Shown: piece by piece, positions 46,440 through 57,109 of the stretch
Numbering within the stretch: the stretch's first letter is position 1
How the letters are laid out: every line of letters begins with the position of its first letter
Virus record (IMG/VR): IMGVR_UViG_3300029712_000001
Source of the DNA: a virus
Length of the DNA stretch: 64,000 nt
Reading direction: 5' to 3' (one strand)
The notes under the pieces: model-generated
Seen by the model: only the letters and a program-made list of their open reading frames with translations
What the model was told of the DNA's origin: nothing
The model's database searches: none
Position numbers and translations under genes: made by a program

Positions 46440-49400
46440 TTATTCCCTATTTACACTATTCAACAACTTCATCAACTTGCCGTTTTTATTCAAAGACGTA
46501 GGCAAATTACCTCCTTCTTTTGCTGCCACCATATCCTTAATCTCTTCTGTTATGGCTGCCACAACAAAATCAACTATTTTTTTCTGAGGCGCAACAGCAA
46601 GTTCTTTAGACACATTATCCGCAAACCATACATTAGGAGTATCAAACGAATCTATTAACTCAGGTTTACCATTCTCCATAAGATAAAGCCTTGTCTCATA
46701 TCCATAACCGTAACTTGTCTTAGGATCATAACCTTCAACCTTTACACCAAGCTTTCCACTGTTATCCAATATATCTTTAGCTGCATTAAGAAGCCAAACC
46801 TTTTGTTCTGGCATATCATCTAAATTATTACCAGATTCATTTATCATATCCGATAACACTTTCATCATTGAAGATACAGAAGCATAAGCGGGTGATATAT
46901 CTGAATTTTCAAGCATCTTCGGATACCACATATTGGTATCACTTCCAAATGTAGGTCTTATAATACCACTTTCATATCCACCTATATCGACGGAAGGAGT
47001 ATTAATACCAGGATCTATGCCATTATTTATCAACTCTGTTTCAGATACCTCAACAATATCTATTTCCTCTCTTTCACCAGTATGATTAGCAACCAAACTG
47101 TAAGTCTTCTCTCCATTGTCGGCTATTCCCGATTCTGTCAAAGAAAATGATTCAATAGTTGCCGATGATGATTTCGATTTACCAACAGGATACTCTGCCA
47201 TTTTCTTAGTAAATAGATCCCTGAGAACCCCCATCTCTCTATAACCAGCCTCCTTGGAGGTTAATTTGGTTGAATACGTTACTGTGTTAGGTGAATACAG
47301 TTCGAGATATTCTTTACGTATCTCATTTATACCATCATCTTGAACCTTAGTTATTTGATCAGCTATATTAATATCACTTACTGCATAGTTTCCAACGCCC
47401 TCCATTCCACTAATAGAATACAGTGCATTAAAAAACACCTTTTCTTCACCATCCGAGAAACTATTTTTTACATCATCGTATTTTTTTAAGAAATACCTGC
47501 CACTTTTGCTATCCCTCTCAAATACTTTAGATAAATCAATGCCATCATTTTTCACCCTCTTTCTTATAGTAGCTATATCAGCAGGCGAGAATCCTTTTTC
47601 ATAATATCTTACTCCAGATTCTACATCGCCGACTGTACCTCTATTTTTTCTTAAAATATCATTAAGGGATAACGCTGTAGCATAGGCTATATATTCTTCG
47701 GGTTTACCTCCTTCCTTCTGCGCGATCGCATTTGCTATTTCAGATACAATATTATCATAAATCTTATTCTCCTTCTTAATTCTATCATTCTCTATATCCA
47801 TCTTGTCTACAGCGCTATTAAGCTGCATATAAGCATCTGTGGCAGCTTTTCTCTCTGCCATAGGTAGCTTATCAAACATATCATTAGAAAGACCTCCATT
47901 GTCCTTTATATACTTAAGAAGTTTTTCTTCATCCATAAGATACTTGTATCCTGATGTTTCATCCGTCATATTTCTTGATATGGCAGCTTGAATATTTTTC
48001 ATGTTTTCAGCACCAAGGGCCGTAGATAGTCTACTTCCGGATGTTACAAGATCTGTATATGCCTTATTAAACTTCTTATGAGTTTCTTCTGATATGCTAA
48101 TATTTTTAGTTTCGATAGGATTAGCTGAAATAGTTCCACCAGAGTTTGTGCCAACGCCCACCTGCATGGCTCGGCTTCCAGCTCTGCCGCCTGCCGCTCC
48201 TGCACCAGAGGACATAAGTTTTGCTATTCTGGCTTCATTAAGCCTATTCTGCATCTTCAGACGTTCTTCGTCTAATCCAAATCTGGCTTCATCCTTATTC
48301 TTACCATATTCAAACTCTGCAATATCCCTATTTCTTTCATATTCAAATTCTATCTTCCATTTTTCGAAATTCAAATTAGCTAATCTTTCCCTCTGATTAT
48401 ATTCTTTGGTTTTCCAGTAAAGCTCGTCGGCTTTGATTATGAAAGACGAATTATCATAAGCATATGAAGCAGCAGCATTATTAATAAAATTATTTTCAAT
48501 AACCTTCATCGCTCCAAGATACGGATCGTAAGTCCTTTCATCCATTCTGCTAAATTCAGATTTCATGGAAGCTATTTCAGATTTGGCTCTCTTTATTTCA
48601 TTTTCAACCATTTCTTTCTTTGCAGGATCAGAACCCAAACCGGAAAGATCGGCAGTAAGAGCATCAACATACCTCTGCTTATCACTTATCTGCTTATTCA
48701 TAAAACCAAGAACAGAATCATACGAATATAAAGAGGGATTAGAGTCTACCATGTAAATAGCCTCCACCTGCATCTGCTGCCTTGCTTTATCTGATAACCC
48801 TGACAATGCGAAAGAAGCTATCTGTTCAGGAGTAAGCATATCCTTAGTTACTTCTTGTACTGCCCCGGTAGGATGACCATCCTTGTCAAGAATAGGAATC
48901 TGAACTTTAGCTCCTTTATGAAGCTTGCTTATAAAATCTATCCTATCTTTTAATTCCTTATTATAATCAGTATAAGGAGTATATTGAAGAGGAGCAAGAC
49001 GGGAACCAGCCTTTCCATCATTCACCCATTCATTATACGGCTTTAAAGCCGCATAAGCATTCGCAGCAGAATAAAGTTCTGGATTATTTATTTGTAAATC
49101 AGATAGCATTTTATGCATTCTCCTGCCTTCTTTTGTGCCGGCAATCGCGTTAATGACCGTATCATCCAACACTGAACTGATCTCTCCTTGTATAGCTCTC
49201 GTAACACCATCAGAAGAAAGATCCACGCCTTTGAATTTTTGATTGATGTTAGCAATCACACCTGACATCTTATCTTCCATATAAGCGCGGGCTTCAGGCT
49301 TATCTATCTCTTGACCCATAAGATAATCTACCTGGGTATAGATCTTTTCACGAGCAGCATCAACCTTCTGCTGTTTGTACATCATGACGTCCTTAACAAG

Positions 49401-49463
49401 ATCTATGTTGTAAGGACTAACATACGGGGCATATTGCCTTAAAATACTATACTGTGAAGCCAC
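46440..49463 (-). CDS. large virion-associated protein
   Basis: 1007-aa ORF, 3-nt gap to the next gene. Confidence 0.6.
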   Translation of the reverse strand: MASQYSILRQYAPYVSPYNIDLVKDVMMYKQQKVDAAREKIYTQVDYLMGQEIDKPEARAYMEDKMSGVIANINQKFKGVDLSSDGVTRAIQGEISSVLDDTVINAIAGTKEGRRMHKMLSDLQINNPELYSAANAYAALKPYNEWVNDGKAGSRLAPLQYTPYTDYNKELKDRIDFISKLHKGAKVQIPILDKDGHPTGAVQEVTKDMLTPEQIASFALSGLSDKARQQMQVEAIYMVDSNPSLYSYDSVLGFMNKQISDKQRYVDALTADLSGLGSDPAKKEMVENEIKRAKSEIASMKSEFSRMDERTYDPYLGAMKVIENNFINNAAASYAYDNSSFIIKADELYWKTKEYNQRERLANLNFEKWKIEFEYERNRDIAEFEYGKNKDEARFGLDEERLKMQNRLNEARIAKLMSSGAGAAGGRAGSRAMQVGVGTNSGGTISANPIETKNISISEETHKKFNKAYTDLVTSGSRLSTALGAENMKNIQAAISRNMTDETSGYKYLMDEEKLLKYIKDNGGLSNDMFDKLPMAERKAATDAYMQLNSAVDKMDIENDRIKKENKIYDNIVSEIANAIAQKEGGKPEEYIAYATALSLNDILRKNRGTVGDVESGVRYYEKGFSPADIATIRKRVKNDGIDLSKVFERDSKSGRYFLKKYDDVKNSFSDGEEKVFFNALYSISGMEGVGNYAVSDINIADQITKVQDDGINEIRKEYLELYSPNTVTYSTKLTSKEAGYREMGVLRDLFTKKMAEYPVGKSKSSSATIESFSLTESGIADNGEKTYSLVANHTGEREEIDIVEVSETELINNGIDPGINTPSVDIGGYESGIIRPTFGSDTNMWYPKMLENSDISPAYASVSSMMKVLSDMINESGNNLDDMPEQKVWLLNAAKDILDNSGKLGVKVEGYDPKTSYGYGYETRLYLMENGKPELIDSFDTPNVWFADNVSKELAVAPQKKIVDFVVAAITEEIKDMVAAKEGGNLPTSLNKNGKLMKLLNSVNRE

Positions 49464-52303
49464 TATTTGGTCCTCCTTCTTCTTTTATTTTCGTCATCTT
49501 CTTCATTTAAACTTCTCAAGTAAGGTGTAGAATAATCACCCATATTCATCACATCCTGATTACCTTGAACGTAAATAATTTGGCCACTTGGAAGCATTCT
49601 CATATTCGGAGCTATGGAAGCTATGGTATTCAACGATGTACGAACATTGAACTTATTCTGTATTTCGCTGTTTATGCTATCATAATAACGAGCAAGATTT
49701 TCATCCCTTATAGCCATAGCCTTCAATAACCCAGATTCATAACGTTGCCTTTCCGCTATGTTCTTATCGTCTGTCTGAACATAAGCCATTTCATTGAATC
49801 TATCAGCTTCGTTTATTTGCCTTGCGTTATTGAAATTTACTTCGTTAATGTACTTGGCTATATTGCTTCCGGCTATGGCGTTCATATTAGCCAGAATAGC
49901 AGAGCGCTGGGAGTCGGGCACGTCACCTACTGCGTCCAACTGAGCCGATGTCGCGCGGTTGAGCTCGTTGATATACTGATCAGCAGATTGCAGAACCGGA
50001 TCTATTCTCGGAGCCTGATGCCTTTCCAATCCCTCTATCTCCAAGCCTGTATCGAGCGTTCTCAGCATCTCCGGGAAGATAGGACCGAACGCCGCCGGTC
50101 TGCCCTGTCCTTTAGGTCCGTTGTCTTCAACCACCTCCTCTGTATCGGTGTCGGTTGCAGTCGTAGGCGTACTCGCTTTCGGTTTTACCTCTATCCTTCC
50201 AGGAGATCCAATCTTAGGCGGTGTAAGGCCTGGTGCTATGGGACCGGCCTCAATAGGCTTCATTTCTGGTTTAACAGACTCAAGAACGAAGTCTATTTCC
50301 GGCATTAACCCACTATCTCTTAAAGCAACAAACTTATTATAATCGGAGCCCAGAATCTTCTTAGCGGCATCAGATTTATCACCAAATAAGTCAACATAAT
50401 TCTTTATTCCTTTTTCGTTTAACAATCTTTTTTGCTCTGCCGAAACAACGTCCAACCCATAATAAGAACGAGTAGCTGTTGTCTGACCAAACTTATCATC
50501 TACGGCAAATGAATTATAAGCCTGATTCCCTCCGTAGCTTCCGGCGTCCTGGCCCCAGAATCCGTATTCATCTCTGAATTTCTTGGCTGCATCAGCATTC
50601 GTAATAGCGCCTACATCAGCTAACGCCCACAATGCATTTAATTGCCTGTTGTATCCTTTCTGGAAACCTTCTGTATCAAAATCACCATCCGTATTGTACT
50701 TGTTAGCCCATCGGTTTACGTCGAGCAAATTAGATACCGCCTTATCATTTACCCTGCCGTATCCTAAATTGCTTCTATGTTGGAGATTCTGGTTGGCATT
50801 GACACTGGAATCAGGATTAAGAATCTGCTCACGACCACTAACATCAGATACAGTCATATTAAGAGTTCGTCCAAATAACTGATTGATAAGCTTATTGTAG
50901 CCGATAGCATTCTTTCTAAGCTCCTCCAGCTCCTTCTGAGTAGGTCCACCTTCAGCCATTTTTCTGGTTTGCTTAACATACTCGTCATATATCCAGTTCT
51001 TAGCATCTGATTCTGCAATATTAAAAGCCTTAGCTTGTTTCTTTACCTGATTCAGATCAACAACCCCGCCATCCCTGAAAAAAGCATCCATCTTCTCGTT
51101 ACGCTTAGATTCTTCCTGTTTGCCATAAACGATTTCAGCGAAAGAACGAAATTGTGCTTCAAGCTCGTCTATCTCTTTCTGGTTTTCATTGACGTACTTG
51201 GAAAGAATAGAAGCATTAAGATTAGATGTGTTTTTGTCTTTTACATCTTCATTTTTCTCTAATCTCTTATATACACGCTCCTGATCTTCGTACTTATCAG
51301 ACAAACCAATCTTCTTCTTATATCGATCAAGGAGTGTAGCGTATGTATCTTTTGACGTTGCCTTAATACCATAATTTTCTCTAACGTAAGAGGCAAACTC
51401 ATCATCTATCTTACGATAATCGGAAACAATATAAGCCTCTGGCAAATCAACCGGAGTGCCACCATTTTCATGTCTGTTCCCTTTGGCTTCCATAGGCCCT
51501 ACGGAGTCAGGAGTCAGCACGTACTCGCCTTTCTCTATCTCTACATTCGCAGCATCTTCCATAGACTTGGGAAGAGGATAAATATATTCGCCGGTCATAT
51601 CAGACGTATCTATCTTCTGACCGTTACCTAAATTCACGCCACCACCTTCACGTTCCCACTTGATGAATTGCTGCCGGCGCTCCTTGGCAAGTTTTTCCCT
51701 CGCTGCCTGCTCGTCTCTGCTGGCTGCATACGCAGCAGATGAAGCTCCCATGATATTACGGGTAAGACCTAATCCTAAACTAACACCAGACAAGGTAGCT
51801 TGAGCCACATTAGCACCGACCTTATTACCGGCTCTTATCCGGCCAAGACTTGTACCGAACATTTGAGCTCTGCCGGTTAGATCGGGTGAATAATATGGGG
51901 TAGTCATAGGATCAAGAGGATTACCATCTTGGGAACGTTTTTCTTTAGAGGAATCAGCATCAACACCACCTACATTCATTGCATTATCAACGACTGATTT
52001 CTCTACGTTTTTAACCATACCCCTATTATCAGCGAGATATCCTGCATATCCTGCATCATGATTTTCAAAAAACGGATCGGATGTAGGCATACTACTAAAT
52101 GGATTTATCTCCCCCTCCTCTGTTTCTAAAATCACATCAGAAGGCATATATATATTCTGAATATCAGATTCACCCCATTTATTAACAGGCGTTCCATAAT
52201 CAAGAATAGGCTGAGTAGAGGATACATTAATATCCTGTTTCTTATCCTGAACACTACCGCCAGGAGCGAATATCGGACGATTTTTTATGATTCGTAATTT
52301 CAT
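49463..52303 (-). CDS. large virion-associated protein
   Basis: Start refined to MKLRIIKNRP (946 aa); its stop overlaps the next start by 1 nt. Confidence 0.6.
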   Translation of the reverse strand: MKLRIIKNRPIFAPGGSVQDKKQDINVSSTQPILDYGTPVNKWGESDIQNIYMPSDVILETEEGEINPFSSMPTSDPFFENHDAGYAGYLADNRGMVKNVEKSVVDNAMNVGGVDADSSKEKRSQDGNPLDPMTTPYYSPDLTGRAQMFGTSLGRIRAGNKVGANVAQATLSGVSLGLGLTRNIMGASSAAYAASRDEQAAREKLAKERRQQFIKWEREGGGVNLGNGQKIDTSDMTGEYIYPLPKSMEDAANVEIEKGEYVLTPDSVGPMEAKGNRHENGGTPVDLPEAYIVSDYRKIDDEFASYVRENYGIKATSKDTYATLLDRYKKKIGLSDKYEDQERVYKRLEKNEDVKDKNTSNLNASILSKYVNENQKEIDELEAQFRSFAEIVYGKQEESKRNEKMDAFFRDGGVVDLNQVKKQAKAFNIAESDAKNWIYDEYVKQTRKMAEGGPTQKELEELRKNAIGYNKLINQLFGRTLNMTVSDVSGREQILNPDSSVNANQNLQHRSNLGYGRVNDKAVSNLLDVNRWANKYNTDGDFDTEGFQKGYNRQLNALWALADVGAITNADAAKKFRDEYGFWGQDAGSYGGNQAYNSFAVDDKFGQTTATRSYYGLDVVSAEQKRLLNEKGIKNYVDLFGDKSDAAKKILGSDYNKFVALRDSGLMPEIDFVLESVKPEMKPIEAGPIAPGLTPPKIGSPGRIEVKPKASTPTTATDTDTEEVVEDNGPKGQGRPAAFGPIFPEMLRTLDTGLEIEGLERHQAPRIDPVLQSADQYINELNRATSAQLDAVGDVPDSQRSAILANMNAIAGSNIAKYINEVNFNNARQINEADRFNEMAYVQTDDKNIAERQRYESGLLKAMAIRDENLARYYDSINSEIQNKFNVRTSLNTIASIAPNMRMLPSGQIIYVQGNQDVMNMGDYSTPYLRSLNEEDDENKRRRRTK

Positions 52304-52371
52304 ACTATCTTTTTTCACAAAGATAAGAGAAACGAACGAGAAAATCCAACGGAATCGAATCCATTTAAAAA

Positions 52372-53397
52372 TCAAGATGGTAGAGGTGGAGCCTCTTTGG
52401 TTATAGGAGCGTTGACAGCCTTTTCTTTCTTCTTGTACAACTTGAGAACTTTCCTGTATATAGATAACACAACCGGGCTCTGGATTTTCTTCATAGCCTT
52501 AGCAATAACATCTGATGATAAGACAGACATCACCACCGCATTGAGGAACGAACGAACAGAATTGTATTTCCCATCAAATCGCTTTAATAACCTAATCCTA
52601 AATGATCTATAGAGATAAGAATCAGACAATTCCTTGAGACCGTTATTCTTGAGCCTTCTATTTAAAAATGCAACAGCTTTCTCCGAGAAGCACATTCGAT
52701 TTTTACCTTGTTTATCTGTTACATGTGAAAACCAGGACCATGCCGTGCTTGGGTGTTTGGCAATCCTATCAGCAAAGCTATCCAATATGTTGGTTCTGAG
52801 ATCTCTTTTATGAGCATGGCAAGCGGCTATCTTCTCATTTCTACTAAGAGCTCCATTAAGACATCTAAATGTGGTACGTTCTTTTCCAATGAAATATTCA
52901 GGATGCTCTTCTGCGAATTGAGCCCTAAAAGACTGATATCCACCCTTTCTCATCAAGTCTATCTGAGACCTAACATAAAACCTAACACACTTTTCTTCAG
53001 CTTCTTGAACTTTCTTGCTACGAGGATTACAAAGACGACCAAAACGACGGTAGTCATAAACCATAGCCTCTACAAAATCATTGTACGGGAAATAACGACC
53101 AAATCCGTAGTTCCAGACCATGAAGCAACGCACACGATCCTTCCAGTAGTCGGTGATGACAAAGTATTTACCAACCCTTTGTTTCTCATCAACTTTGTAC
53201 CACCTATCAAATCTCCCGTTATAAAATAGATTAAAATACTTTAAATTGCCTAAACATTGACCGGCTGGTCTGCGTACTACATTATAGCCTAACTGATTGT
53301 GATTATTATAGATAACCTCAAGGGGTGAAACCGCCTCCTTTTTAAGGAGTGATTTGTGAAGCTTGTCGCAATATGTCATTTCTACTATCTTTGCCAT
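52372..53397 (-). CDS. basic Arg/Lys/aromatic-rich hypothetical protein
   Basis: Start refined to MAKIVEM, which has a TATATTTG box 19 nt upstream and a 10-bp hairpin further upstream. No catalytic motif confidently recognised. Confidence 0.5.
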   Translation of the reverse strand: MAKIVEMTYCDKLHKSLLKKEAVSPLEVIYNNHNQLGYNVVRRPAGQCLGNLKYFNLFYNGRFDRWYKVDEKQRVGKYFVITDYWKDRVRCFMVWNYGFGRYFPYNDFVEAMVYDYRRFGRLCNPRSKKVQEAEEKCVRFYVRSQIDLMRKGGYQSFRAQFAEEHPEYFIGKERTTFRCLNGALSRNEKIAACHAHKRDLRTNILDSFADRIAKHPSTAWSWFSHVTDKQGKNRMCFSEKAVAFLNRRLKNNGLKELSDSYLYRSFRIRLLKRFDGKYNSVRSFLNAVVMSVLSSDVIAKAMKKIQSPVVLSIYRKVLKLYKKKEKAVNAPITKEAPPLPS

Positions 53398-53414
53398 TGT
53401 TTGTTTGTTTTGTG

Positions 53415-53422
53415 CAAATATA
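53415..53422 (-). promoter_or_regulatory. Bacteroidota-type -7 box (TATATTTG)
   Basis: TATATTTGCA, identical to the box upstream of the tRNA-like array at 59285-59292. Confidence 0.45.
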
Positions 53423-53460
53423 CGAAAAGTATTCATACTGACGGTAAAGAAATTGCACGA

Positions 53461-53495
53461 CCCTGTATCCGGTTTGAGAAAAATAGGATACAGGG
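53461..53495. terminator. 10-bp perfect hairpin
   Basis: CCCTGTATCC (53461-53470) pairs with GGATACAGGG (53486-53495). Confidence 0.4.
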
Positions 53496-53728
53496 ATTTT
53501 TGTTTCATATAGGCATGGTAAACGTAACCGATTCGTACCGTACCCGTAAGTCACTGAACATCAGTGGTGGGACAAGTTATCTAAAGGTATAATAGGATAA
53601 ATGAATTTCCCCTATTATATATTCCATTCATACTCCATTCAGTCGTATTAATTTTATATATTTATATGTTATTCATATTTTTTAAATATCAATACTGTTT
53701 TAAATATACTTTTATAGTTTCGGAATCG

Positions 53729-53922
53729 AATCGAACGTAGTGAGTGAGATTTCGAAACAATTAATAATTTATCATTACGACTATTTACTTTTTAGCCTGA
53801 TTGATATTAAAAGTGATTGAGTATATCGACCGGAGGGAGATATACGAAAGAACGAAAATATATTTTTATATTTTCAATATCTATATAAAGCGATTGAAAC
53901 CGAATCGACCGAAGGGAGTGAG
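53729..53922. repeat. three iteron-like direct repeats
   Basis: AATCGAACGTAGTGAGTGAG (53729-53748), TATCGACCGGAGGGAGA (53824-53840) and AATCGACCGAAGGGAGTGAG (53903-53922), flanked by very AT-rich DNA (53590-53720). Confidence 0.45.
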
Positions 53923-54084
53923 GTTGAGAGAAGCGATAACAGTTTCACGAGTAGCCACGAGATAAGCAGGCAGGCGGGTAGGAGAGGCCGTCGTGTGTTG
54001 TGAGGCAGGATAGCGTTAGCCCAAGCGTAGGTTCGGATCATTAGCTCGTATCATTGCAAATTGTAATCGTTACGAAGTATAAAA

Positions 54085-54151
54085 AAGCCGGATTATCTTG
54101 ATATCGTTCTTCAACCTTTGGTATCCGCATAACGAGTCTCAAATCCGGCTT
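54085..54151 (-). terminator. long hairpin after the lysozyme-domain gene
   Basis: AAGCCGGATT / AATCCGGCTT 10-bp stem with a 47-nt loop, followed on the - strand by TTTTTAT. Confidence 0.4.
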
Positions 54152-54184
54152 CGCTTTATTAATATGAGAAATAAAATAATTGTT

Positions 54185-56587
54185 CTAATTTTCAGTGACG
54201 CCTTTAATGCGAAGCTGTATATTGGGAAGCACGGCATTAATCAAAGCCATTTTCTTATCCTCTTCGCTTTCTTTTTCATGCTGTTTATACATCATGCTGT
54301 AATCACTGTCATCACCATCCTTTTCCCCATCTAACGTCAGTAAATGATTTATGATGTCCTTACCATACGTTTCAGTCCATGTACGGAATCTCTCTTCCTC
54401 GGACTGTTCCTCCTGGGACGGGGCTTCCGGGTTAGGGAGGGCGGCTGCCACTTCTACCTCTGGAAGTGTTACTGATGCTGCTATTTCACCATCATCTCCG
54501 AATCCCATTTGACCATACAAAGATACTGAATTTTCTTCAATTTCCAAACCAAGATTTTTAGCAACTTCCATAGCATAGTTATAACGGTCATCATTTCTTA
54601 TAACACTCTTATGAGGGCGCCCTGCTCCTTGGTTCCAAGCTATTACAGCATCTTTAAGGTTATCGGCGTTCATAAAGTCCTGCCGGCTGTAGTTGTAATA
54701 CCCTGGTCCTTCTTTTCCTTTTCTTGTGTATAAGAAATTAGAATATCCGGTTTTCCCTTCGTATTCGTCAGCCAAGAACTCAAGTTGGTCTTTGAATGTG
54801 GGTGTAGAATGACCTTTCTTTTTAGCGTGCTTGAATAGCTTATCCATGCGCTCATTATGCCATTGCTGTATGCCGTATGATGTTCTGTTGTCTCCGTATA
54901 TGTCATCTTTAAGGCCGGATTCAGCCATGAGGTTACCTATGATGGCGAGCGCCTGTATCTTGGACATGCCGCGCTTATTAGTAAAGTATTCATATGCTTC
55001 ACGCTGCTTGCCAACTACGCCACCTTCCTTCTTGATGTTGGTATTGTATCTCTTTCCATTCCATGTAAATTCCTTAAGACCTCTTTTCCTGGCTTCTTTA
55101 AAGGCTTCACCTCTTGTAGTGGAAATAGAGTCTTGTAGCTCAAGATCATTTTTTATTCCAAGAATAGCATCAACAATAGTATTATCATTTTTATCAACAT
55201 TATCCAAAACATAAGATTGACTTATCAAATTTGATACGCTCTTTCTGTTTTTATAAGTTCCTTCTTTATCTGATGGAGCTTCAAAAGCATATACAAGTGG
55301 ATACGAATAATCCGTATCTGGATCTTCTGACATAAATTCGTTTACTGCATGAATAGCTTTTTTGTATTTAGTATCTTTTATACTATACTTCCCAGCATCT
55401 TGAACATGATCATAAAATCTGTCTATCATATAGTTGATATATCCACGCTTATCGCTCTTAAATCTCTCTTTATCTCTTTCAAACTCTTTTGGCGGATATC
55501 TTTTGTAATATTCTTGAAAAAGTCCCCTAAATTTTCCATCCTCAGATACAGCGTAGGGGTTTCCACCAGATTCTTCAATAATATTTCCAAGTACGGCTTC
55601 TATCTGGCGTTGATTAAAACCTTTATCATATAAAGCATCATAGATCATATTCATCCCTTCTACGTCCATAGTACGATGCTTACCCTTACCCACACGCTTC
55701 ATATTTTCATATTTGGATTTGAATAAATCCCAATCTATTTCCGGCTTAGAAGAATCTCCTCCTTGTTTTTTGGATCTTATCTCCATCCTTTTATCCAAAT
55801 CATTCTTTGAATCAATAATGGATCTAAACAGGATCTTGTTTGGATCATTCTCTTCGTATGGGATTTTATCTTCTACATAATCCCTTATTTCAAAAGGATA
55901 TCCTATTGTATCAAGAGTCTTAGTAACAACCCCAACACCAAAAGGTTGATCGCTTCTATAAAAATCGTACTTATCTTTCACAACCATCCTACCTCTATCA
56001 TCACGGTACATGGTAAAACTTGATAAGCCTGATAAATCATTTAAATCTCCGTAAGCATCCGGTATAAAATTATATTCGTTAAATACCTGATGTTCCCCGG
56101 TTCTGGCTTTTTTTAAGAGATCTATACCCTCTTCTACCATTCCAAGTTTCCTACTTGTTACATCCCTTAACTCCTCCAAATCAGATACGTCCTTGCCTGC
56201 AACTTTTCCATCAATTATCTTATTATCTAAGGAATCAAGCTCCTTTCCATATTTTTTAGCCATTTTCTCCCACCCACCATTTATCCTGTCAGATATAATG
56301 GATTTGATATTGTCTGGTATTCTAACAATCCCGTTTTCCTCTTTCAGGTTATTTGGTTGGTTTAAAAATCTAAACCAAAGATTTTGACTAAAATCATCTA
56401 CATTGGCTTTCGGAACATCTTGACCAAAAAATTCCATTATTTTGGTTTTCAATCCTCTTTCATTGGCATACACGTCAGGTGTTATATTAGATGCCAGATA
56501 TTCTCTAAGTCTTACAAACGGACCAATTTTATTCCATAATGTTTTTGGTTGTTTGTCCTTTACATAATTTTTATTTTTCTTTGCCAT
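54185..56587 (-). CDS. virion protein with two phage-tail-lysozyme-like domains
   Basis: Two copies of the AxxGNxxxESGxxP...GxxQW pattern: IEAVLGNIIEESGGNPYAV...GLFQ and ALAIIGNLMAESGLKDD...GIQQWHNERMDKL. Start refined to MAKKNKN. Confidence 0.7.
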   Translation of the reverse strand: MAKKNKNYVKDKQPKTLWNKIGPFVRLREYLASNITPDVYANERGLKTKIMEFFGQDVPKANVDDFSQNLWFRFLNQPNNLKEENGIVRIPDNIKSIISDRINGGWEKMAKKYGKELDSLDNKIIDGKVAGKDVSDLEELRDVTSRKLGMVEEGIDLLKKARTGEHQVFNEYNFIPDAYGDLNDLSGLSSFTMYRDDRGRMVVKDKYDFYRSDQPFGVGVVTKTLDTIGYPFEIRDYVEDKIPYEENDPNKILFRSIIDSKNDLDKRMEIRSKKQGGDSSKPEIDWDLFKSKYENMKRVGKGKHRTMDVEGMNMIYDALYDKGFNQRQIEAVLGNIIEESGGNPYAVSEDGKFRGLFQEYYKRYPPKEFERDKERFKSDKRGYINYMIDRFYDHVQDAGKYSIKDTKYKKAIHAVNEFMSEDPDTDYSYPLVYAFEAPSDKEGTYKNRKSVSNLISQSYVLDNVDKNDNTIVDAILGIKNDLELQDSISTTRGEAFKEARKRGLKEFTWNGKRYNTNIKKEGGVVGKQREAYEYFTNKRGMSKIQALAIIGNLMAESGLKDDIYGDNRTSYGIQQWHNERMDKLFKHAKKKGHSTPTFKDQLEFLADEYEGKTGYSNFLYTRKGKEGPGYYNYSRQDFMNADNLKDAVIAWNQGAGRPHKSVIRNDDRYNYAMEVAKNLGLEIEENSVSLYGQMGFGDDGEIAASVTLPEVEVAAALPNPEAPSQEEQSEEERFRTWTETYGKDIINHLLTLDGEKDGDDSDYSMMYKQHEKESEEDKKMALINAVLPNIQLRIKGVTEN

Positions 56588-56984
56588 CTTTTTCTTCCTC
56601 CTTCTTGAATTTGTGGTAGGCATCACAAACCTTATCAACTAACCATCCCATCAGATAGGCGGCATGCTCATCTTCTCCGGCTTCAAAACTGTAGTTAATG
56701 TTAAGATACTTACAATAAAGGGAAAGACCATGTAGACATTCGTGTCCTATGGTTCTCACATCCATGTCAGACAGCGAATGAAATAAGAAACATATTTCTT
56801 TCCTGTGATTGGTTCGGTTTCCCACGAAAATAGTTCTGCCGCCATAATCGTCAGTCCATCCTTCCCAGCTCTGATCTTCTACTTCCAAGTTGGCGAACGT
56901 CTTTGCTATATACTCTTCATCTGCTCCAAGCAATACCCTTACATTATAGGGGTATATATCATTTTTATATAATACTTGTTTCAT
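56571..56984 (-). CDS. small HExxH zincin-like protein
   Basis: 137 aa with IGHECLHG (HExxH) and a downstream acidic GEDEHAAY. Confidence 0.5.
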   Translation of the reverse strand: MKQVLYKNDIYPYNVRVLLGADEEYIAKTFANLEVEDQSWEGWTDDYGGRTIFVGNRTNHRKEICFLFHSLSDMDVRTIGHECLHGLSLYCKYLNINYSFEAGEDEHAAYLMGWLVDKVCDAYHKFKKEEEKDGKEK

Positions 56985-57109
56985 AACAAACTGTTTTTCA
57001 ACAAAGGTAAATAAAAAAAGCCGAAGATATACTCACGTACTTCTTCGGCTATACCTTTAAAGCTAAAACTTGTTTACTATGGAAATTACAATTGAAGCAA
57101 AATCAATGA

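Noticed and set aside
52372-53397. The CHAHK segment as an HUH endonuclease (Rep/relaxase) motif in the basic protein.
   Set aside because: The flanking residues are not the hydrophobic beta-strand context of HUH motifs, and no convincing catalytic Tyr motif or motif I was seen. It is left as hypothetical.
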